DNA of 64,000 bases. Origin: Octopus bimaculoides (lineage: Eukaryota). The position numbers were made by a program, and so were the translations under genes. Shown here one piece after another: positions 48,845 to 62,401 of the stretch. The notes beneath the pieces are model-generated. The model made no database searches, was not told the origin of the DNA, and saw nothing but the letters and a program-made list of their open reading frames with translations. Location of the stretch: positions 130,680,742-130,744,741 of the forward strand of contig NC_068983.1 in assembly GCF_001194135.2 (NCBI RefSeq), read 5' to 3'. The stretch's first letter is position 1, and every line of letters starts with the position of its first letter.

Positions 48845-49350
48845 ATCAATATCTATCACTCCGGAATGCGCCCGGAGGTGAGTTATCTCATCTGCCATTG
48901 ACTTTCAGATGTTTTAACACCCAGCATTATGAGGGAATCTTCCCCCAGTGCGACTTTGCAGCGAAAAGCCGAACAAGCAAAACATATACATTGAGTACGT
49001 GCGGTCGATTATTTTTACAGGACTGGCGCTGCTTCTAATTTGTTATTGAAGACAATCTTGCGTATACATTGCCGTAGAATACCACCAAGTTGTTCTTACA
49101 CTATTTCTGTATAGGCATAGACTTGCGATTCGGTTCGTCGCCGGTTCGATTCAGGTACATGGTGTTGATAAACAACAAAAATGAAGAAATATTGGTATCT
49201 ATCACACCTGGATGGGATCGGAGGTAAATTGTCTTGCCGGTCTATGACTCTTTGGGTGCTTCTTTATGGAGGTGTCATCCCCCAAGCGCTATACCGCAGT
49301 GAACCAATGAACAAACGAAACACATACATTGAATATGCTTGGTCATACAC
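48845..49350. repeat. Diverged tandem duplication, period about 340 bp
   Basis: Anchor atctatcac..cggaggt at 48851 and 49197; anchor gaacaa..aaca.atacattga.ta at about 48971 and 49309. Confidence 0.7.
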
Positions 49351-50571
49351 CGTAAACTAAGCTACATATTGGACTGGATATCGAAGGTGCATGTAACTGT
49401 TAAGTTCTGTGATTAACTACGCCGCTACATGATGATGAAAAAGTGCCTTCTTACCGACTCATTTTAGCTCTGCAGGTTTCCAAATAAAACACTGGAGTAG
49501 AATAATATTACGTCATACCTCTCGAACATTTTGCGCTTTATTTTTCAGAAGTACTCAGCAAGTCGTCAACTCTGGTACGCTTTTCGGGCGTTACACAAAA
49601 AGTTTTACCAAAAATATTTATATCGTTTAACAAGAATCCAATGGCAGGAAAGAGAGACCAAGGGGCAAGCGGGGGAGGAGATGAGGAGTACGAGGATGAA
49701 GATGATGACGATGACGATGACAGCAATGAGGACATTCTATGACAAATGAGCACCACAATGCAAAACAGCTTGTAACCAAAGCACAAGTGATAGATGTACG
49801 TCATCTTATACTATTGTCGCACTTTTAAGGCAGTTTTTATTTTGGGATTCAGAGGAGTCAGAAAGCGCTAAAGCAAGTAGATATACAGAGTTAAGTTCAT
49901 GCAAATTCGGAAAATACGAAAGATATTGGAAACCAAATGAAAGGAGAGACAAAAGATCACATTGACAGGCTATCAACCAGATCCAATGGTGTGAAGTACA
50001 TGCAAGCTCACTAATTAGAATCAAGTAGACGAAACCGACTCACGCTATTTAAAATCAATATCAACCCCAATCTACAGAACCGCAGTGTACATAGGCTGTA
50101 CATGTGCAAGAACACGTGAATCTTTTAATGGTGGACAGAAAGCCACAATTTTATTTTGTAACGTAATATATCTCTTTTTTCCTCATTTACACGCACTTTA
50201 CACATATACACATAGTTATGTATGAGTGTGTGTATTTGAGTATACATGTAACTTTGTAAGTGAGGTATATATATATATATNNNNNNNNNNNNNNNNNNNN
50301 NNNNNNNNNNNNNNNNNNNNNNNNNNNNNNNNNNNNNNNNNNNNNNNNNNNNNNNNNNNNNNNNNNNNNNNNNNNNNNNNNNNNNNNNNNNNNNNNNNNN
50401 NNNNNNNNNNNNNNNNNNNNNNNNNNNNNNNNNNNNNNNNNNNNNNNNNNNNNNNNNNNNNNNNNNNNNNNNNNNNNNNNNNNNNNNNNNNNNNNNNNNN
50501 NNNNNNNNNNNNNNNNNNNNNNNNNNNNNNNNNNNNNNNNNNNNNNNNNNNNNNNNNNNNNNNNNNNNNNN

Positions 50572-50603
<32 letters not shown>

Positions 50604-52257
50604 TGTATATATGTATTCATGCATGCACAAACGTATGTATGTATGTATGTATGTATTTATGCATGCATGTATAGTAAGCGTGATTACATAATGGTCACAT
50701 AGAAATGATTATTCTGAATTTTCCGTTCGTCAAATTTTATAAGACAGTTAATATTCTCGTACCAGACAGCTGTCATGCTACGACAGAATTATAATATGCA
50801 CAATCTTTAAGCAATCACATCTCAGGATTGTAGTTATATTTGACTACTTTTGTTCTATTTTGAAATAGTTTTCTTTAGCATATTTTCGTATATAAAAACT
50901 TCTATTCTTTTGAGGGAGTTACTTGAAGAGGGGAAATTTTGAATTAAGGAATGGTTATTGAAGAAATACATTTTTCTAATGTTTTTGTTATTCTGTCACA
51001 ACATTCAACTGGACAGCTGCTATTGCTGAGTAGGTAAGAAGTTAGTTACAGAAATATATGATTTCGAGTTCGATCCCAATAGTCAGTACCTGGAGTAAGA
51101 GTCTTCTATCATATACTGGAGTTGAGGAAATAATAATACTCCTGATGGTCATATATTAAACGCAAATTGGATGTAATCCAGCTTGGGGAAGGGTCTTTCT
51201 TCTTGAGGTGTAGATTTAATCCGAGACGGTGTATAACACAGTAACTTGGCCCGTAGATCATTTTACACAAGACCACGCGCTGCGAGCTTTTGGACCTGGA
51301 CATCCATTATCTGAATAGATTCTTCCGTTTCTCCAAGAATTCTGGGAAGATCAAGTGAATTCGTATGGGATATCCATTCTTGATGACTAAATCATGAAAA
51401 AACTACTGAACAGTTTGGCGACACTTCTTCCCAATACTTATTTGTAAATGAATCATCGATATTCTGGGATTTTTACCAAAATGTGTTTAAGGTAAGCTAG
51501 ATTGCTGTTTTATTTATTAATGCAAGCCCAATTAACCATTTAAGTTACAATACAATTTCAACAATATAGCAATGTCTATTTCCATTGTACATTGGATTAC
51601 ATTGCCGAAAATGCAGCCCACTTAACTCTGATTTTCTTTCAAAAGATATAAACTTAATGTACTTAGTTTTAAGCAGATAAAATTAGCACCACAATAACTA
51701 TACTGAATTAAACAAACGATCCATTATATTTCACTTTTAACAGCTTAGTTATATATTAAAAAGCCAAGAAATAAGATTCGCTAGAAATCTCCTGAAGGGT
51801 ATTTCAGTTTGGAAGGAACAAATTTCGATCTCCTCTAAAATTTAATACATCTGCAGGCATATCTGGTAGATGTCTTTCACATTTACTGAGTGAGAAGCTC
51901 TGCATATAATTTCCAAGGTGTTATAAACTACAAGGACTTAAGATGGTAGGCTACTGTAATTACTCGTTCAAATAATATTTTCTGAATTTATATGCATAGG
52001 TGTATTGTGAAAATAAAACACTATGTGTACTTCATAACATCCGTTTTAAAAGATTTCATGCATTTGAACACTGCCAAAAATATTAGATTTTTATTTATAT
52101 GTAAATGTCGTTCAGTTCATGTTTGCCTTTCCACAGTTCAGGATAAATAAATAGACAGATTCTCTTATTTTTCTTCTTCTTCTTCCACTTCTGATTTTTG
52201 TTCTTATTCTTCTTCTTCAACCTCTCCTCTATCTGTTTCTTCTTTTTCTTTTCTCCA

Positions 52258-52261
<4 letters not shown>

Positions 52262-52323
<62 letters not shown>

Positions 52324-52390
52324 GTTCTCTCTTTCTCGCTATCTCTCTTTCTCTTTTTCTCTCTTTCTCTTTTTCTCTCTTTCTCCCTCT
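52262..52390. repeat. (CT)n polypyrimidine microsatellite
   Basis: Direct reading. Confidence 0.95.
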
Positions 52391-55053
52391 TTATCGTCCA
52401 TCACAGATAGGATGTTGATTTGTCAAAAAAACAACAAAAAAATCTGAAATCAATTAACAGGAACCAAGTTCTGTATTCTCTCACGAAAGTTGCATCCCAT
52501 TGTTTCGGAAGAAATTCACCAAAGAGTCATTGCTCAACTACTGGTTCACGGAAGAAATAATTGTGTGTCAGTCATGTATTTTCGAGCTTATCTCACAATA
52601 ATTTGGCGAAAATAAAAGACGAAAGCCCTCAAATCACTCCGTGCTTTTTATGATAAAAAATACTGCTGGTAATGGCCTTCATTTTAGTTGTGCTCGGTCA
52701 GCTAAACAACAACAACTACAACAACAACAACAACTACTACTACTACTACTGCGAAGAGGATTTCTTACACAATCAGAAATTGTTTAGAATAGATAGTAAT
52801 CGATGAAACTGACCCTAGGAATTAACTTACATTTCTTTTTATTCACCCTAGAAAAGATGAAAAACAAAATAAATGTTCACCGAACATGAACGCATGAACT
52901 GGATATTTTGAAGACACAATTACGCTGCATAATTATCTTAATCGTCTAATTTTAAAGACGTAATTTACTGGATTTTGCTACTCAGAAATGCCATCCTAGT
53001 GAAAAACAAAAGTTATGCTAGTTTTCACAAATTTGATTCAGTGTCACCGTAAGCCTAGATAAAATATTTATGTGGTGGAGAATTATTAAACATTAACAAT
53101 ATTATGTAAATCCCGCCTATAAATACATGAGATAACCCTGGATATATCTCGGAGTCATTATACCTCTTCAGGGAAGTTAACAATGTCACTACTTTTATCA
53201 CTATATAGTAACGTTCTAATCATTATCCATGTAATAATTACAAAGACATTAGTAAGTGGTGAATTATTCTACAAGAGTAAATATGTTTTATCTAAATGAA
53301 TATGTAAACAGTGATTTAAAAAAAACTACATTATTTTAGTGATCAAAATTCATTAAATAATTGTGGCATGTACGGGTAACAATTCTGCATATCAGGTTGG
53401 TGTTGTCTTCTTTTCTGCGTAATTATTTCTAATTAACGTCTTTATGGATACAATATTAAATACGTTAATTCAGCAGCTTGTTTTCAATAATGATGAGATG
53501 TTACCATAACAGACGTCAGTATATTTTCATGCTTTCCTATACTTATTTGCTGAATAATTCTTTTATCCTTATTTCGGTAAGTTCGACTGAAGATCTTTTA
53601 TGTTTGAATACGTCTCGTGTACATACTGCCACGATAAAAACTAATATTATTTATTAAGCAAAAGTTACCAGTGCAGCAACGTATATTTTTTTTTTTTAAC
53701 GAGAATTCTTTTATTTACTCGCAACATTAAATATTTTGACAAGAAGTTGAAAGCTTTTATTTTTTGTCTTTTGCTTGTTTCACTCATGGACTGCAGCCAT
53801 TCTGAGGCAATGATTGGAAGAACTTTAATTGGATGCATCAACCCCACTATCCAGAAGCATGTAGTTGCTTCCCAATCACATTTTTCCTATATTGTCGTCC
53901 TTCCTATATTGTTATTATGGAGCATAGGAAACAGTGTTTATTTTGTGGTATTCCTGTTTCAGTATGTTGACTGTTACATCTACACACAGATAATAACATG
54001 TATTTTCCCGCCATCAAAATAAGAAGGTTTGCTTAAAACATCAAGATTTCCTTCCCTCCATGACTCACGATCCTATCAAGATCAATATACTTAGATTGTA
54101 CTTTAGATTATTGACGGCTGTTATCTGCACTACACTATTGTATTAAAGACGGAAAATCAACTTCGAATAACCGGACAAATTGCTAGAACACGATTGATTT
54201 GCACCTCGATCACTTTTTCAATATTTAATATACTGATTGTTAGTTACCGATTGCAAACTTTTGATGTTTTCAATTAAAGAACTTGTAACATATATTTACA
54301 AATCAGCGTTCTTCTGAAACTGCAATTTCTTTTGCAGTTCATTTGCATAATACAGATACTCATTTATTTTCTTTTATGTTATATTGATAATTTCATTGAA
54401 TCGCAAATTCGCTTAAACAAATCATAGGTTGTGGTTTGTGAAGTTTCTCTGTTTTCAATTTTTATATTTGCCATGAAAGAAAACAAAATATATTCGTATT
54501 TTCTCATTACAGTTCAAAGTCAATTTTAATAATACAGTCGGATGTAATGATGTTTCGGAGTGTATTCATCTGTATTTATGACTTATGTTTCGGAGAGATC
54601 ACAGTAACTTCATATATGCTTAACTTATAACACAATAACGGGGAATATGCAAGTGTCGTATAGTCATTACCACTACCTAAATAAATTCATGATTTCTACC
54701 TGTTTAATATATAATTACCAAGAATTTATTAGACATTGTTTCATAACCCCAATGATAACTCCTCGAATCTGAAACATTGACGATTCCTAGATTTATGAAA
54801 TTCCTTTGTTTTTCACCGCTATGATATCAACGAAGCAAATATCTACTCCCCAATCTTGAAAAACTACTAATAATATTATAATTAGCTACACATCAAAGGA
54901 ACATGGTTCGAGTGAGACTGACGTGCTAGTTTCAGTGATGAGCGTACAAAAATTTCAAGATGCATGAGGCCGAATCAAACTGTTTTAAATAATATTATAT
55001 GGAATTCATATTAAAATACGCTGAGTGCCTCTTTTTTCCGTTCACTCGTAAGT

Positions 55054-55079
55054 AGATAGATAGCTAGATAGATAGATAA

Positions 55080-55134
<55 letters not shown>

Positions 55135-55178
55135 GAAAGATAGATAGATAGATAGGTAGATAGATAGATAGATAGATA
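55054..55178. repeat. (GATA)n microsatellite
   Basis: Direct reading. Confidence 0.95.
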
Positions 55179-55857
55179 CACATAACATACATACCTAATT
55201 CTACTGTCATGTTGATTTATATCATGCAAATACTAAATTAACTAATTTATTTCAGTTTATAACTTTATATCTTGGTTTTGGTTTTAACTAGAGTCAGTCA
55301 GCTTTCAACTCTACTCATTCCCTGTTATCAAACAGGTAAGTACAATAATATACATATTTCACTTGTCCACATAAACTGACATTGCTTCTTGTCAAATAGT
55401 GGCAAGCACGAACATGATCTCTTTTCGTTTCCACTAAGTATCACCTTAAGCATGTGATTTTGCTGACTCAGAATTTGTGAAGAACATCGATAAAACTATA
55501 CATTTTTTGTATTAATAAACTTAACGAGTTTCCCAGATTTAAATTAAAACTTAGCACTTGGATATCTTTAGATGCATTAATTCATTTACAATTTTTTAAA
55601 AAATATATGGATAAAAGCAACGTCCTAGGACAGCACCTCCACACTCCAACAATTTTCAGAAAGTAAGGGTAATAAAGAGGCCCCTCAGGATTTGTGCCAA
55701 ATCTTTAAAAAAAGACTCATTGTATTTTATAATATTTAACATCATCTTATAAAGGATCCAATAAAGGATCCAAATGATTACATCAAGAATTCTGTTACGA
55801 TCATATTTGGAAATAATAATTTATTAGAGTATTAATTTTCAATATTAACTCTCTCTA

Positions 55858-56072
55858 AAGCAGCGAGCTGGCAGTATCGTTAGCATGTCGGGTGAAATGC
55901 TTAGTGGTATTTATTCTGCCGCTATGTTCTGAGTTCAAATTCCGACGAGGTCGACTTTGACTTTCACTCTTTCGGGGTCGATAAATTAAGTTCCAGTTGT
56001 GTACTGGGGTCAATCTAATCGACTGGCCCCTTCCCCAAAACGTTCGGGCATTGTGTCAAGAGTAGAAAAGAT
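55858..56072 (+). mobile_element. tRNA-derived SINE family A
   Basis: Full-length match to 3108-3305 plus the head sequence. Confidence 0.88.
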
Positions 56073-56396
56073 CATTTAACAACAGCAGCATTTTTATTTC
56101 GCTTTCAATTCTCAGCACACTGAATTTCACTTCCTTGGTTAATTCTGAAAGAGCAATGAGAAACCTATCATCAAAAGTCTCGTAAGAGCGCTTTCTTTGA
56201 TATTTAACACCCAAGTTCCAGTCTCAGGATCCGAGCTGTCCCCAGTAATTCTTGTTATTGTTGTTGTTGTTGTTCTTCTTCTTCTTCTTCTTCTTCTTCT
56301 TCTTCTTCTTCTTCTTGTGGCAGCAGCAGCAGTAGTGTGGTGGTGGTGGTGGTGGCAGTGGTAGTAGTAGTTGTTGTTGTTGCTGCTGCTGCTGTT

Positions 56397-56484
56397 AAAG
56401 GCAGCGGGCTGGCAGAATCACAAGGACCCTAGACGAAATGCTTAGCGGTATTTTCCCCGCCACTACGTTCTAAGTTCAAATTCC
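56397..56484 (+). mobile_element. Family A SINE, truncated after the B box
   Basis: aaggcagcgggctggcagaa..aagttcaaattcc, then an abrupt switch to LINE sequence. Confidence 0.75.
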
Positions 56485-57400
56485 ATTATTCCTTGTATTC
56501 TTTTAATATTTTCCCTCTCAGTTTTCCTTCCATTACCCTCTCGTCTTGCAGTAGCCCTAGGTATTTCTGTCGCTCATTAATCTATAGCTATTTAATAATA
56601 TTATCTTGTAGTAATTTTATCCTATCAGAGTTTATCTTTCGGTGTTTCTTCATAATTAGCACTGCGCACTATGTACACAAATCTGACATTCAATTATATT
56701 GCTGAATAATCCTTTTGTTTCGATCAGAGAATTCAAGTCTTTCTGTTTTTTGTATATAGGTTGAGGTTATCTATACACAGTAGGCGATTTTATTTCGCTA
56801 TGGTTTTACCTAGCTCATAGGCAGGCTTGGAAATTTACAGTATACTTACCAGAGGGATTAATGCAATGACGAGGATTAGCAGAAAGAGAAACAGATTGTC
56901 GTCTTGGAAAATATCACTGCCTATTTTCACGATTCTAGGTGATTCTCAGCTCCCGCGCTCTCTTTGCTTTTTTCCAAAAGGCTGGGAGCGTCCGCAGGCA
57001 CTCCATGAGACATTTGTATTCAACACTCACGTAAGCCGTTCTGTAATTTATCCAGCCATCAGTTAATTTCTTCTTTCTTACTCGTACCTTCTTTTATATC
57101 CAACTGTTTATGTACGGTTGATCAGTAATTCCCTTTGATTACTTTTGCATCCTTCTTGCTCCTCTGGCAATATATTTCCTTTTTCTAGAAAATTATATAT
57201 TTCATGTGTATGAGGCCAGTTAGCAATGGATTTTTGAGGTCTGCTAATACTATTACAGTTAGCAATAAACGTATTACATGTTTACCTTTACCAGAGTAAC
57301 GGTAAACATGTATTAGGCCTATAATGGCTGGTTTACTTCCTTCTCTTTGCTCTTCTGTATCAGCTATCTCATTCATCACTCTTAATCACTATTCATATTG
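56485..57400 (-). mobile_element. R4/Dong-like RT fragments (decayed)
   Basis: Minus frames resemble KYLG..Q..R....L..K..KEY (56485-56760) and the pre-RT region (56800-57400). Confidence 0.55.
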
Positions 57401-57806
57401 TAATTGTTGTTATTATTATTGTAGGTATTGAAAGATGGGTGACTGTCGGAAGAATGGCCAGTATAAACGGACCAATTCTGAGAATACACCTGTAGAAAAA
57501 AAAGGTAATGTAAAAGGAGAAAGGGCTCTATACCCCTTTCTTATTTTTTCTGACCAGGCTCCCGTGGTTTTATGGGTTTTTCCACGTGTAACTTTTCCTT
57601 TTTCGAAGCGCCCCCCCCTTTGGGAGTTCTACTTATTTATTTATCTATTTATTTATCTATTTATTTATAATATATTTCTCCGTTTTCTTCCTCTGTTTAG
57701 ACGAACTTTCCTACCTTTTCGGACAAAACCTTTTGTAACCTTCGTCCTGTCTTTGTCCTTATATGTTTTAATTGATATTAGCCCTTGTGGCCAATAAAAC
57801 GAATTA

Positions 57807-57893
<87 letters not shown>

Positions 57894-57909
57894 GTCATCA
57901 TCATTATTT

Positions 57910-58850
57910 TCGTCTTATTCCTTCTTGAATCTATATGGGTAGTGGGTTATTATATGTAACCTTAGGTATCCACAAGTTTTTAGTAGTCTTTAAAGTGCTT
58001 AGAACCCTCCTGATAATCATTGCTGTTTCTTAGAAACAAATTTTCTGTCGGATCTCTACAGGGTATTATATTCTAATCTCTTTCACTCGTCTGTCTATAT
58101 CTTTGCTTACTGTTCCTAACGCACCAAGTATTTTAGGCACGACCTTTACAGTTTTTATCCTCCAAATTCTTTCAAATATTTTAACGGATTGTATTTTTAT
58201 CATCTTTTACTTTTTGGCTGGGGGCTCGCCCTCTTTCTTTACAATCCTGGAATCAAACAGGCATGATGGATCGATTACTATGCAACTTTGCTTTTCCTAA
58301 TCTATTAATAATTATTGCTATGCCCGGTCTGCTATTTTCTAACGTTTTGTCCGTATGAATAGGTAAGTCCCACAGAATCTTACATTTCTCTCACTCCAGT
58401 ACTCTTTCGACTCGTTGTTTGTACCATGTGATTCTAGCTTCAAATCCCCATTTCTGATAAAGTTACCAACTTGGTTGTGCCTCCATTTTTTATATTCTTG
58501 CGGTGCTAACTTGGGGTATTCTGTCACAACCTGTGCCACTGTCTCGTTCTAAATTCCGCAAGTTCTACATTTTTCTGACACATTCTCTCCATATATAGTT
58601 TTTATCTAGTTGCTTGTGTTTATCGCTTGATCTTGAGCTATTAAAATTAGGTTCTCTGTTTTTTGAGTTTTTAAGTTCTTTTGATTGCTGTATTTTTAAT
58701 GAAGCCCAGTATTTTACAGTTCATACATCCTCAGAGGCTTTCCAATGTTGGCCGTGTAGGGCTTCACGTCAATTTGAATTTCATGTTTGCCCTTTTCACG
58801 TATTACGCGCTTGATCACTTGTTTTTATTCCCTGCGTTAAGTAGTTTATT
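57910..58850 (-). mobile_element. R4/Dong-like 3' fragment (CCHC and RLE)
   Basis: VAQVVTEYPKLAPQEYKKWRHNQV and a RLE C-terminus; flanked by (ATT/ATC)n and (TTG)n. Confidence 0.8.
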
Positions 58851-58871
58851 ATTATTGTTGTTGTTGTTGTT

Positions 58872-59070
58872 AATGTAGTGAGCTGTTAGAATCGTTATCG
58901 CTTCGGGCATATCTTCCAATTCTTGAAATATTGAGTAGTTATGGCGCCGAAGTCAGTTGTACATTCATTCTTTCAGTTTTGAGAAAATAAATACACGTTG
59001 AGCAGTGAGGTCGATACTGTTAGACTACCCACGCCCCTAAAAATTACTAGCATTATGCCAAAAACTATGA
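58872..59070 (+). mobile_element. Degenerate family A SINE
   Basis: gtagtgagctgttagaatcgtta head and gaggtcga core. Confidence 0.6.
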
Positions 59071-59645
59071 ATTTATTTTGTTCATATGATTATACTATAT
59101 TACGTATTACCACTAATGTCAACGACGCTGGTTTCATTCTCGATTGAAATTATTTCACATCATTTACGCCAGAAATCGCTCCGCAAAAATAAATGAATAA
59201 ATATATAAATAAATAAAACAAATAAAACAAAAGATGATAAAATATAACTAGCTTTGTTATATTATCTTGTAAAATTATAAATTATATGGTAACAAGTCAA
59301 TAAACAATGACAACATATTTATATTTATTGGTTTAACTGCAAGTATTACTGAAAGTAATAATTACCAGCATAGTTTAGTATTTGGATTTTATATTTGCTT
59401 CACATAACAAAAATACAATAAATTATACAAATTTTTATATTCAGATTTAAAGAACATCTTTCAACATTTTCTTTCTCTAGTCTATGCCTTGCGTTATTTA
59501 TTAAATCTCGTTGCAATTGGCAATATAGACTAACAGTCACGTTCTGAAGTTGGTGTAACGGATTGTTCCACGCCCTAAAATTTCTAGCATTTTGCCTATT
59601 TAAGAAACCGTTGTTAGTATTTGTATTATTATTGCTATAATACTC

Positions 59646-59711
59646 AAAGCATTGGGCTGGCAGGCTCCTTAGCACGCAATCTTTACATTCTGAGTTCAAA
59701 TCCACGCTGAG
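59646..59711 (+). mobile_element. Family A SINE, truncated shortly after the B box
   Basis: gggctggcagg..ttagcacgc..ttctgagttcaaatcc, then LINE sequence. Confidence 0.65.
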
Positions 59712-61190
59712 AATGACTTGAAAAATTCTTCTCTTGATGTTAACTTTCCCTAAGATTGTGTCACCTGAGTAGAGATCTACTTTCCATTTCTTCTTGCTAA
59801 ATCTAATTAATTCTGCTATGCTTCGTGCAAGATCGAATATACTCAAACATCCACTTATCCATGAGTGTGGGATCATGCCATATGCTTTCTTATAATCTAT
59901 CTATGCTTTTGTTAGATTTTCTTTTTCGATTTTACTTCATTTAAAACTTCTTTGTCTATGTACAATGGATCATGCTTTCCTTCAGCCTTCTTCCTGCGAC
60001 CTTTCTCATCTTCTGACAGTAAATTCTGATTGTCAATGTGCTCGTAAATGCTCTCTGAAAGCATCTCTGTAAACAGCTTCCACACGATTAGTAAGCAAAT
60101 TTATAATTGCTCGCTGTATTACCCTTGCTTTTGTCTTTCATAAGGAGTATTCTTCTCCCTCGGAGTCATCCAATCTGGTATTTCATCTCAATTAAGGCAA
60201 TCCTGAAGTTGTTCCCTGAGCCTCCCATGGAGACTAAATTTCTTTAAACTGTGCCCTTGAAATAAATCTGGCATTTTTCCTAACACTTTACTCATTAATG
60301 CATTACTTAGTCTTAGATCTGGTTGCTTCTCACTCACTTCTACTCTAACTTTCTTTAACCTTACTGCATCTCCATTATTATTGATTGACTTATCCCAAAT
60401 TTTACTCTCAAAATGTGTAGTTTCTTCTGCGTTCAGTTTCTCACCTTCAGTACTTTCTTCTCAACAATTCATTTTTATTTTAAAATCTCCTCTGCTCTGT
60501 CTCAAATATTCAATTCTGTTGATACTGATCCATTCTTTCCTTATATCTGGAAAGCTTACTTGCTACTGCTATGATAAACTGCTTCAACTCTTCTATGCCT
60601 GTCTCAAATCATTTCTCTTTGACTAAGGGAAGATTTACATTTTGTGTTTCCTAATTTATTTAGTTTCCAGGCGTCTATTCTACTGAGATCTTGTCTTAAA
60701 AATCTTCATTTTATTTTGTAGTCTCATTTTCCACATTTGCTCTTTTCTCATCTTTCTTTGTGTAATATCTAATCTTTTGGTAAATACTACCTCTCCTACA
60801 TAAACCAGTAAGTTAGTGTCACCTATATTCTTAGTATCTATCCTCCTGATAACAGAATCTGCTTTCTTAATCATATACAGCAGCTTACTTCTGTTGGTAC
60901 ATTTTAATGCTGGCAATCTTTTTCTTACTTCTTTACTCATTACTTCCTGCAACTCATCTAAAATCTTCTGATCTTCTTCACTTAAATCACTTAAATCGCT
61001 GGTGCCACTTGAAGCTTCCCTATTGGCAGTGCTATTATTATTTTTACCTTAAGTTCCTTTTTTGGTTTGGATTGTATCAACTGTCTTTCCTACTGTCTGG
61101 TCTTGTTATGTTTTTGGAGCAGTGTTGCATAGTAGTGTGCATAAATCATAAACTAACTGTTTCATTATATCTATGGTTATCTGGACATCA
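59712..61190 (-). mobile_element. R4/Dong-like retrotransposon, 5' half (N-terminus to RT GIFQ)
   Basis: RKRLPALK, TNLLVYVG..V, MWKMRLQNK, PHSWISGC and GKVNIKRRIFQ. Confidence 0.85.
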
Positions 61191-61201
61191 TTTTATTATT
61201 A

Positions 61202-61290
<89 letters not shown>

Positions 61291-61809
61291 NNNNNNNNNN
61301 NNNNNNNNNNNNNNNNNNNNNNNNNNNNNNNNNNNNNNNNNNNNNNNNNNNNNNNNNNNNNNNNNNNNNNNNNNNNNNNNNNNNNNNNNNNNNNNNNNNN
61401 NNNNNNNNNNNNNNNNNNNNNNNNNNNNNNNNNNNNNNNNNNNNNNNNNNNNNNNNNNNNNNNNNNNNNNNNNNNNNNNNNNNNNNNNNNNNNNNNNNNN
61501 NNNNNNNNNNNNNNNNNNNNNNNNNNNNNNNNNNNNNNNNNNNNNNNNNNNNNNNNNNNNNNNNNNNNNNNNNNNNNNNNNNNNNNNNNNNNNNNNNNNN
61601 NNNNNNNNNNNNNNNNNNNNNNNNNNNNNNNNNNNNNNNNNNNNNNNNNNNNNNNNNNNNNNNNNNNNNNNNNNNNNNNNNNNNNNNNNNNNNNNNNNNN
61701 NNNNNNNNNNNNNNNNNNNNNNNNNNNNNNNNNNNNNNNNNNNNNNNNNNNNNNNNNNNNNNNNNNGTGGTGGTGGTGGTTGTGTGGTGGTGGTGGTAGT
61801 GATGGTATT

Positions 61810-62350
61810 CCTTCTTAACACTGTGTAGGTATAAATGCACCAGAGTCTGTAGTCATCTGTCAAGTCACAAGGACGTGACGGATAAAACTTTCCTTAAGAT
61901 GTGCGCTGTGCCCAATAAGGCTGCTGTTTTGCAAGACATCAATCTTGCATAGGATTTCCAATTGCCTTAAGAAGTCATGAAGTTTCAATGGGATTGAGCC
62001 CAACTCTCCGATCACCACTGGTATCACTTTTGCATTACCCTCTCGCATTCATACAGTCTTGCTATTCCCACTTTCAATTGGGAGTACTTGTTGATAATTG
62101 TCAACCTCTTTACTCACAACATTCATGTCATTTGTTATGGCTACATCAATGATCTCACAGTATTTCTCTCTCTTACTCAAAATGACAATATCCGGCCGAC
62201 GGTGACCGATTAGACAATCCGTCAGAAAATCATAGTCCCAGAGTATCGTTACTTTTCCATCCTCCTGCATAACTTTACTTGGTACATGCTCATACCGGTT
62301 CTCTGTTACTTCATATTGGTATTTACGGCATAAGAGCCAACGAAGATACA
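61810..62350 (-). mobile_element. R4/Dong-like RLE domain fragment
   Basis: ILWDYDFLTDCLIGHRRPDIVI..CEIIDVAI and KVIPVVIGELGSIP. Confidence 0.88.
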
Positions 62351-62370
62351 CACACATTCTTCTTCTTCTT

Positions 62371-62401
<31 letters not shown>

